A stretch of 41,094 bases of DNA. It comes from Octopus bimaculoides (taxonomy: Eukaryota). Position 1 is the stretch's first letter; the number at the start of each line of letters is the position of its first letter. The notes under the pieces are model-generated. The model saw only the letters and a program-made list of their open reading frames with translations. It was not told the DNA's origin and ran no database searches. The translations under genes were made by a program, and so were the position numbers. The DNA lies in the NCBI RefSeq assembly GCF_001194135.2, contig NC_068997.1:44433837-44474930 (forward strand), read 5' to 3'. Below are positions 25,010 through 35,947 of the stretch, one piece after another.

Positions 25010-28000
25010 GTATACATTTGTATATATGTGTGTGTATACATTTGTATATATATGTGTGTGTGTATGTATATAATACTGTATATAATATAGCATGATATAA
25101 TATAATCCTGTATATGCTTTGCACCTCATTATAACTATAACTTTACTCTCCATTTTTCTCAGGGGCTCTGCAATTGCCAAAATTGTTGGTGAGACATGCA
25201 AGCAGAAGTCGGACAAGTTTCACCCTGCAGTCAACATGTATGTGTACGAGGAGATGATCGGTGGAAAGAAGCTGACTGAGATTATCAACACACAGCATGA
25301 AAATGTCAAGTACCTGCCAGGTTATAAACTTCCAACCAATGTGGTCAGTATCTTCAACTAACAAAAGTTAATCAAATCATAATTAATTATTAAGACCTCA
25401 CCCTAATTTTTACTTCCTCCCTAGCCACATGCATTTACCCTTTAGCATTTAAACTGGATATATCCAGCTTAAATATTCTACTAGTTTTATGTTCAAACTG
25501 GCCAGATGTGGTCTTTCACACCTACCCTACAATGTCATTCTGAAAGATAAACAATCACATCATTGAAATCTCAGCTACAAGATAATGCATGAATTATTTA
25601 AAACTGTGAATAAATAAGCATTACATTGGATAAAGTAATCTGAATGCTGAAGGGTTAAAATCTAAATATACGAGGTGTGCTGAAAAGTTCCTGGCTTTGG
25701 GGGAAAAATAATAAGGGACGATCAGTTAATTATGATTTTACTCAACATATTCCCCTCTCAGATTCACACACTTATTGGAGTGGTCCTTCAGCTTTTCTAA
25801 GCTCTGTAAATGAACTCGGAAGGTTGGACCTCCAACCAGGCCTTTCGCGACACCCTTAACGCCGGGAACTTTTCAGCACTCCTTCATATTGAGATCATGG
25901 AGTTGCCTCCCCCTATCTGCTTTGATCAGATTTGAGTTCTGATTCAATGTTTACTTCTTCCTCTCGTTGCCGCCTTAACTCACATTGTTCTCGTTAAATA
26001 ACAATGTGTAACACATGTTATTTCTGTTCAGGTCGACATGGCTGAGTGACTCTGAAAAATGTATTGNNNNNNNNNNTTCGCGACACCCTTAACGCCGGGA
26101 ACTTTTCAGCACTCCTTCATATTGAGATCATGGAGTTGCCTCCCCCTATCTGCTTTGATCAGATTTGAGTTCTGATTCAATGTTTACTTCTTCCTCTCGT
26201 TGCCGCCTTAACTCACATTGTTCTCGTTAAATAACAATGTGTAACACATGTTATTTCTGTTCAGGTCGACATGGCTGAGTGACTCTGAAAAATGTATTGT
26301 TACTATTTGGTGGTGGTGGTGGTAGTGGTGTATGTAATGGTGTTAGCGGTAATAGTGATGTTATTGGTAGTGGTGCTGAGGTAGTGGTGGTGATGTTAGT
26401 ATTGTATGTATCAGTGGTGTTGGTGGTAGCATAAGTATTGTAGGTGGTAGTGATGTGGGTGCCATTGCAGGCAGTGATATAGTGTTGGTGGTAGTGGTGA
26501 ATGGGGTGTTGTATATGTCACTAGTCTTTGTGTTACAGTTGGTATCAGTGGTATTGTATGTAGAGGTGGTTTGGGTGTTGTACATAGTGTTTGTGTTGTA
26601 TGTTATAGTGGTAGTTATGGTGGTCTTGGTGGTAGCGTTGTATGAGGTGGTATCAAAAAGTTCCCAGACTAGTTCTGTAGCACACCAACAGATGGCAGCA
26701 CGTGGTTGCATGCGCAGTAAAAGCTAACCGTGACCTTCGTGGTGACCTTCATGGTCGCTGTGTTTACTTCACAGGTTGTGAAATTTGTGCTTTTGTGATC
26801 AGGGGTATGCTGTAGTCTGTGATTTTGTCATGGACAGGAACAAAAGGCCAACATGAAATTTTGTGTTAAACTTGGGAAGTCTGCTACAGAGATGTTGAGC
26901 ATTCTTCAGCAGGAGTGGCTGTGTGGTAAGCACTTAAAAGATGTAATTCAAAATATAAACAATATTAAACCATAGAATAAACTTTTATCAAAATGAAACA
27001 AAACTTACAGTAAGATGGAAAATAATGTTTATTTTTGTAAAGTTTTCTCCTATTTTTTTAATTGCAAGATATTTGATCAGATCCTCTCTATGGCACCACG
27101 AACACTCCACAATTATATCTCCAATCATATAAGCTGCTTTGAATATTATTTTAGCAAGTTTTAAAGTGATTTCTTTTGTGCTTTAAACTATTTACCATTT
27201 TTGTGGTACCCTTTGATATCCTAAGCATGTGCTTATTTTACTTAATGGCTAATTCAGCACTGGTTGTATGTAGTAGTGTGGAGGCGCAATGGCCCAGTGG
27301 TTAGGGCAGCGGACACGCGGTCATTGGATCACGGTTTCGATTCCCAGACCAGGCGTTGTGAGTGTTTATTGAACGAAAACACCTAAAGCTTCACGAGGCT
27401 CCGGCAGGGGATGGTGGCGAACCCTGCTGTACTCTTTCACCACAACTTTCTCTCGCTCTTACTTCCTGTTTCTGTTGTGCCTGTAATTCAAAGGGTCAAC
27501 CTTGTCACACTGTGTAACGCTGAATATCCCCGAGAACTATGTTAAGGGTACACGTGTCTGTGGAGTGCTCAGCCACTTGCACGTTAATTTCACGAGCAGG
27601 CTGTTCCGTTGATCGGATCAACTGCAACCCTCGACGTCGTAAGCGACGGAGTGCCAACAAGTGTATGTAGTAGTAGTAGTAGCAGTAGTGGTATTGGTGG
27701 TGTTCTTGATTTGTTATGCAGTGTTGGTAATGATAGTAGTAACAGTGATACCAGTATTGTATGTCCATATAGATTGTGCTGTATGTGTTTTCAGAGATGA
27801 TGATGGTTGTGGTGGGTGTTTTTTTTGTTAATTTTTTTAACACATGACATTGATACAGTTTCTGTAGTGCTAGTGGTAACATCTACTAGTAGTACTGTTT
27901 AGTTATAAACAATACTACCAGAAAGCTACATTGCACTAGTTTACTATGAATTTCTTTCACACACCAACTCACTAAGCAGCTTCTGCTGCCATGACCTGGG

Positions 28001-28341
28001 TAAAGAGATCTGAGTGTCAAACGAGTACATTGATTATTTCTATAAGATAAGCAGGTCATACACATGCCAGACATATATTTGTGTGTGTGTGTGTAAAACA
28101 TGTTATATTATTTACATTATTTACATTTGACAGATATTTGTCCTCATCTTGTTTATTGTTAACACGACGTTTCGGCTGATATACCCTCCAGCCTTCATCA
28201 GGTGTCTTGGGGGAAATTTCGAACCTGGGTTCTCATTCCTAAGGTATTTTTCGATGTTGTTATTTTTATTATTATTTTGTTCAGGTCACTGCTTGGAATC
28301 GAACTCGGAATCTTGGGGTTAGTAACCCAATAATAATAATG

Positions 28342-28377
<36 letters not shown>

Positions 28378-31300
28378 TCGAAAAATACCTTAGGAATGAG
28401 AACCCTTAAATGATGGGGAAATTGCTGAGATGGTGTTAAATATGGATAAGAATAAACACAGTAGTGATGATGACCTTGAGAGTGCGCTGAAAGTGTAACT
28501 GCTAGAATAAGAATAGCCTGGGCCAAGTTTAGAGAGCTCTTACCTCTGCTGGCGACAAAGGGACTCTCACTCAGGGTAAAAGGCAGACTGTATGANNNNN
28601 NNNNNNNNNNNNNNNNNNNNNNNNNNNNNNNNNNNNNNNNNNNNNNNNNNNNNNNNNNNNNNNNNNNNNNNNNNNNNNNNNNNNNNNNNNNNNNNNNNNN
28701 NNNNNNNNNNNNNNNNNNNNNNNNNNNNNNNNNNNNNNNNNNNNNNNNNNNNNNNNNNNNNNNNNNNNNNNNNNNNNNNNNNNNNNNNNNNNNNNNNNNN
28801 NNNNNNNNNNNNNNNNNNNNNNNNNNNNNNNNNNNNNNNNNNNNNNNNNNNNNNNNNNNNNNNNNNNNNNNNNNNNNNNNNNNNNNNNNNNNNNNNNNNN
28901 NNNNNNNNNNNNNNNNNNNNNNNNNNNNNNNNNNNNNNNNNNNNNNNNNNNNNNNNNNNNNNNNNNNNNNNNNNNNNNNNNNNNNNNNNNNNNNNNNNNN
29001 NNNNNNNNNNNNNNNNNNNNNNNNNNNNNNNNNNNNNNNNNNNNNNNNNNNNNNNNNNNNNNNNNNNNNNNNNNNNNNNNNNNNNNNNNNNNNNNNNNNN
29101 NNNNNNNNNNNNNNNNNNNNNNNNNNNNNNNNNNNNNNNNNNNNNNNNNNNNNNNNNNNNNNNNNNNNNNNNNNNNNNNNNNNNNNAGTGCCCCTGGACT
29201 GGCTCTTGTGCGGGTGGCACATAAAAGACACCATTTCGAGCGTGGCCGTTTTCGTGCGGGTGACACGTAAAAGCACCCACTACACTCTCTGAGTGGTTGG
29301 CGTTAGGAAGGGCATCCAGCTGTAGAAACTCTGCCAAATTAGTTTGGAGCCTGGTGTAGCCATCCGGTTGCACCAGTCCTCAGTCAAATCATCCAACCCA
29401 TGCTAGCATGGAAAGCGGACGTTAAACGATGATGATAAGGTGAAAATTTGTGATCAGTTTATAGTTGGTCTTGAACAAGGTGCATAGATTGAACAAACAA
29501 TAGATTATGCGAGTTTACTCAATTAAAGAGACATTGTTGAGATAGAAACCTATGCTAATGAGACAGATGACACGTGAAGAAGTTTTTTAAAATGCCCTCA
29601 TAATACTGCTTCATCACTTCAGAATCCCATTCCTGGCCCACAGTCGGAGGTTTGCTTGCAACCTGATGATGATGTTGGTAACACTTACAGACCCTGTTCT
29701 ACAGTTTAACTGCAGCTACATATTTGGCCTAGTTTGAACCAATTTATGGCTCTAGCATATAAATAAACTGTAATACCATTTATAGTATTTCTTTATTCGA
29801 ATTAGTGCAAATACTTATGGGTTTCTGTACAGAAATCTTAAGGTAATGTATATACCTCTACTTGTGAATCGTGTATTTTAATTTTAAATTATCCCACTAT
29901 ACGTATTTTGTTATTTGTGATCTTAATTATCTCACTATTTCATTTACCAGTATATTACTCTATAACTATTTATTTTCCCCCACTGATTGTGAATATGTAT
30001 ACATGTGCTTTTGTTGCCATAGTAGGACGTCTGTTTTGATGTATAGTTTACAATCTGGGGCAGCTAGCTTTTGTTCTGAAATCTGGAAAAATCCGAAATT
30101 CAGAACACAACTGGTCCCAAGGGTTCTTGATAAAGGATTGTGTACCTGTACGTAAAAGTAAGATTTTTTTAAGGAGTGCAGGAATAAACCGTTAGTTTTA
30201 CCCTTTAGCATTCAGATTTCTCTGTCAAATGTAATGTCTGTTTATTCACATTGACATGAATTAGTCATGCACTATCTTGTAGCTTTGAGATTTCAATGAT
30301 GTGATTGTTTATTTTTGGAATGATATTGTAGTGTAAGTGTGAGAGGTTGGATCTGGCCAGTTTAAAGATAACTGAAGATTATTTCGGCCAGATATGGTTG
30401 GTTTGAATGCTACATGGTTAAACAATTGAATGTATATTTGCGTGGTGTATACACACTATATATACATGCTTACACACACATGTACACATAAGTATGTGTG
30501 TTTATGCTAGGCGGCTCATTTGATGTATTGATTTAATTTGTTATATCTCTTCCACTAACATTCTAGAAGTTTCTTCCCCATGAACACACAGTGTGTTTAC
30601 CCTAATCACTGACCAGCTATAAAAACATTCGTGTTTCTTCTTTGTCCCAGGTTGCTGTCCCAGATGTGAAAGAAGCTGCTGCCGCTGCTGATATTTTGAT
30701 ATTTGTCATCCCTCATCAGTTTGTACGAGGAATATGTACGGCACTCAAAGGAAACATCAAGAACAATGCCATAGCCGTCTCATTAATCAAGGTGGGTTTC
30801 TTTTCTTCCTTTTCTTCTAAATGATTTCCCATATCCTTTCCAGTGGTGTGACCGTACTTACTTACATAAGCCCCTCGCTCCCTATGGGCTATAGGCCATT
30901 AGCAGCTTTTCTCTTTTGTTCTCAACTCTGGGCCACCTTTTCTGCTTTTCTCAATAAAACAAGTACCAGTTGAGTACTGGGATCTTTTTTATTGACTTAT
31001 CCCCTTTGCAGCAAAGTCCAACTACCCTAACCAGTAAGCCACGCACCTTCGCTACAACGTATTACATAGATTATTTAAGGTAGTGAGAGCTGGCAGAATC
31101 ATTAGCATGCCAGGCAAAATGGTTAACAGCATTTTGTTGATCTTTATGTTCTGAGTTCAAATTTTGCCAGGGTCAACGTTGCCTTTTATTTTTTTTTCAG
31201 GGTTGATAAAATAAGTGCCAGTTGAGTCCTGGGGTTTATCTAACCAACTTAGCCCCTCTCCTAAAACTGCTGGCTTTCTGCCAGAATTTGGGAATAAATA

Positions 31301-33756
31301 TTTGCTTCTCCTTTGAAATAATATTTACTTCACACAGATGGAACTCTTTTCAGTGTAGGTCTGCTCAAACAGGGTCAACCTAGGGTTAAGCAGTGATAAC
31401 TACTGCTGCTACTTACCTCCTCCTCCTATTCCTCCTCTTCCTACTACTACTACAAATNNNNNNNNNNNNNNNNNNNNNNNNNNNNNNNNNNNNNNNNNNN
31501 NNNNNNNNNATTTGATTTCCCAGGTGGTCTCGTCTGTTCTAAACATCCCCTGTGCTGTGTTGATGGGAGCTAACATTGCTAATGAAGTGGCTGAGGAGAA
31601 CTACTGTGAATCTACCATTGGTAAGGAAATGGTCTCCGTGCGTAACGATGAGTGTTGGAAAGAAGATGGTCATGGTGCTGCTGGTGATGTTCACAGGGTT
31701 GGTTGTGGTGAAATATTGGTATTATACGATGGGCTTCTTTCAGTTTCCTTATTTCTTTACTGCCCACAAGGGGCTACACACAGAGGGGACAAACAAGGAC
31801 AAACAGATTAAGTCGATTGTATCGACCCAGTGTGTAACTGGTACTTATTTAATCGATCCCAGTGCGTAAGTGGTACTTATTTAATTGACCCTTTAATGGT
31901 TAATAAAATTAATACCAATCAAGCATTGAGGGGTCATTGTTGACTAATCATTTCTCAAAAAATTTCAGTCCATGTACCTATTGTAAAAAAAAAAAAAAAA
32001 AAAAAAAAATTATTTTGACCCAATCACTTCTTGGGTGTGTTGTCGATTAGAACCATCCACCCTGATGTGACACACTTCAGTTAGTATGATGCACTGCAGC
32101 AGGTAATGGTTGATTGTGTAGGTTAGGTTGCTGAGTGACAGTAAGGTCAGGCTACATCCTTCTTGCTGTCCACATGGTTTATTTCTACGTGCCGGTGGCA
32201 TGTGTAAAGACATTCGAGCGAGTTTGTTGCCAGTGCCGCTGGACTGGCTCTTGTGCAGGTGGCACATAAAATACACCATTTTGAGCGTGGCCGTTGCCAG
32301 TACCCCCTGACTGGCCTTCGTGCCGGTGGCACGTAAAAGCACCCACTACACTCACGGAATGGTTGGCGTTAGGAAGGGCATCCAGCTGTAGAAACTCTGC
32401 CAAATTAGATTGGAGCCTGGTGTAGCCATCTGGTTTCACCAGTCCTCAGTCAAATCGTCCAACCCATGCTAGCATGAAAAGCGGACGTTAAACGACGATG
32501 ATGATGATGATTCAAAAGCTCTGATGATGGTCCTCAGTTTAGTAGTGTTATTGTTTGACTCTAAGGACAAAGATCTTCTGGCTGTGATCATTTCTGATTC
32601 TATTCAAATATTTTGTATGTAGGAGAGTATTTTACAGCTTTTTAGGGATGGTGTCACACTTTTATTGCACTAAACATAAGGTAACTACTTTCTTTCAATT
32701 AATCATGTAGTTGAGCTTCTGTGTGTGAGAATAAACACCTGTTAGCAAAACAGGTGTGTTTAAATTTCAATGACCTTAAGCAATGTAACTCACCTGTATA
32801 GATTCTCGACACACCTGCAATATTTTAGGACACACAAAAGTGTTATCACCTGCTGATTGAAAGGCTTTGATATAAGACTACATTATTTGATGTGCCATTT
32901 CTTTTTAAAGATGGTAGAGTGTAAGTTAAGTAGGATTTGACTGCTATTTCATGCAGATGATATAGCCATGTAGAATCTTCCTCATTGGGTCAGTGTTGTT
33001 GTTGCTGTTAGTGTGCATGGTAAAGGAATTATAGTAAATCACCCCCTAAAAAAACATTTGTGTTAGTTACCCCTTTTGAGTTATGACTCCTCATTGAGAA
33101 AGTTATTGGGTTGTCTGGAAAGTTTGTGCTGATTTTCCAAAAGGTTCTTCTCAGTCAACTCATAGGGTACCCAAACATCGTAGTATCTGAACTTTGAATG
33201 TAATGAACTCTAATAACAACAACAATTATAATTAAATGTCATTTTGTATTTGTCTTTCTCTGTCACCCTTACTGGAATGTGTCACTCTGAATTAGAGTTT
33301 CAATAATCTTGAAATGTCTGTTCCAGGTTGCACCGACCCCGAGATGAGTTTGGTTCTGAAGGATTGTTTCCAAACTGAATATTTTCGGATAGTCTGTGTG
33401 TCCGATTGTGAAACTGTTGAAATATGCGGAGCCCTGAAAGTGAGTATACGTTGCTATCTCGTTATTGTTTATAATTAAAGCTTTTGATCTTTTATCATTA
33501 TCTTTTACTTGTTTTAGTCATTAGACTGCGGCCATGCTGGGGCACCACTTTGAAGAATTTTTAGTTGAATGAATCGACCCTAGTACTTTCAGTCCCTTTT
33601 GCCAAACTGCTAAGTTGAAGGAATGCAAACACACCAATATTGGTTGTCAAATGGTGATGGCAACGACCATTGATAGAAAGACACACACACACATATATAT
33701 ATACATACATGTGTGTATGTATGTATATATATATATATATATATATNNNNNNNNNN

Positions 33757-33790
<34 letters not shown>

Positions 33791-35915
33791 GTTAAAGAGG
33801 AAAGCAGATGTTAAGGCAAGGCAAACATCTCAAGTCATACATATGTTGCAAATTACAAAAGAGAAGGAAAGGAAAATGGTTAATTTAACGAGGAGTTTCC
33901 CTGAGAATTATAAAACACGCAACACAAAATTTAAAGGGAATTTAGATGATATTTATTTGGGAAACAGGAGAAAAGAGGGTTCCATAAGACAGGAAGGGAC
34001 AATAACTGTAAGAAGATAAAAGTCAGCCGAAAGATGAGTCTTTCAGGATGTAAAGTTAAGAGAAGAAAGTTTGGCACTGGGAAGGCCATGAAAATGTTTG
34101 ATGATGAGAGAAGGGTTGAAGTTTGACTGCCGAAACAGGATTGATAATGTTAGAAATAAGTTTTGGGGTTTGATTGAGGGAAGAAACAACCCAGTGGGAA
34201 CGAACACCTGCTTAATTGTGATTCTGTTGAATTTGTAATCTGTTGCAAGAAGCATAAATATGTTTTTTAAGCTTCCACTTGATGCAGGTAGTAAATTCAT
34301 AATTATGTAGTTTAACCCATTAGCATTTAAATGGGCCACATCAGGCCCAAATATTCTATCTATTCATCATCATCATCATCATCGTCATCATTTAACGTCC
34401 GCTTTCCATGCTAGCATGGGTTGGACGATTTGACTGAGGACTGATGAAACTAGATGGCTACACCAGGCTCCAATCTGATTTGGCAGAGTTTCTATAGCTG
34501 GATGCCCTTCTTAACGCCAACCACTCTGAGAGTGTAGTGGGTGCTTTTACGTGTCACCCGCACGAAGGCCAGTCAGGCAGTACTGGCAACGGCCATGCTC
34601 AAAATGGTGTATTTTACGTGCCACCTGCACAGGAGCCAGTCCAGCGGCACTGCCAATGATCTTGCTCGAATGTCTGATCTACCTTCTCACACCTATCCTA
34701 TAATGTCATTCTAAAAATAAGCAATCCATCACTAAAAGATATGAGATAATGTACGGCCAATCCAATTCAAAACAATGTGGATAAATAAATAAGTATGTCA
34801 AAGGGTTAAAGAAATCTCTGTTGTTTTGTTTTTAATTAATTAATTTATTTAAAATGGTTGTCTCTTTATCTAATTTCAGAACATTGTTGCAGTTGGTGCT
34901 GGTATTGCTGATGGTCTTGGCTATGGGGACAATACGAAGGCAGCCGTCATCCGTTTGGGTCTCATGGAGATGATTCAGTTTGCTAAAGTCTTCTATGAAG
35001 GTAACAATTTGAAGGACATCTTTGTGGTTGTTTTTATCATATTTTATATCTGATTTTGTGGTCTGCAGCTTCATTGGACAAAGTTCTCTAATGAGCAATC
35101 AAAGTTCACAGTATTTATGACAACAAGGACAGTAATGGAGCAGTTCTGTTAACATGGATTTGGTTAGCAGAAACTGAAAGAAGCCTTTGTTACCAGTCTT
35201 CCATGTCATGGGGAAATATTTCCTTATTTGGAAATAGGTGTCGGTTAGTAACTGGAAAGGCACCCAACTGTAAAAAATCTGCCTTGACAATTTCTGTCCA
35301 ATCCATGCATGCATGTAAAAATGCACATTTAAACTTGACGCTTTCCTCTCCACGATACCAGACGCACCAATGGTTCGTAATGAGACGCAGTTTAGGGCAG
35401 CGATGTCAAATTCTCTTATACACCAGATGTGCCATCAAAACTCTTGATTGGACCATATCAGGTGGGGGAGAAGAGCCATGCAAGGAACGTGAAGAGAGCA
35501 CAGCATAAAGACGGAAAATCACGGTGGTGCTCCAGCATGACCGCAGCCACTTGGCTGAAACCCATAAATAAATATATATGTATATATATATATTGACTGC
35601 TAAATCCACAAGTTTTTTTTTATTCTCTCTCTGTTTATTTCCTCGTGTTCCTTTCTGTTGAAGAGTGTAGGCTCGAAACGTAAAAGACTTTCTCACCTTC
35701 CTGAGCATCAAACTAATACACTTGCTTCTTGTTCATACACCTGTCTTCATCTTTTGTCTTTCTAAAGATAATCTGGAACTCGACTGAAGAAAGAAAACTC
35801 CGAGTGACCCTTCCTTGTTTTTTTGTATCGTCTGTCTGGATGTTTTGTTGTCCTTTTTTTGTATCATCTAACTGTCTGGATGTTTTGCGCTCTTGTCCCA
35901 TTTTTGGTATTCCTT

Positions 35916-35947
<32 letters not shown>

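Noticed and set aside
25844-26299. Exact 223-bp tandem duplication (25844-26066 and 26077-26299)
   Set aside because: The identical copies are separated by a 10-N gap, the signature of an unmerged contig overlap. Probably an assembly artefact.
26361-26727. Thr-rich and Val-rich ORFs resembling mucin or membrane proteins
   Set aside because: Translations of a degenerate trinucleotide tract, with no splice support.
33789-34339. Short ORFs in intron 5
   Set aside because: No recognisable domain and no splice context; possibly an old TE fragment that I cannot identify.
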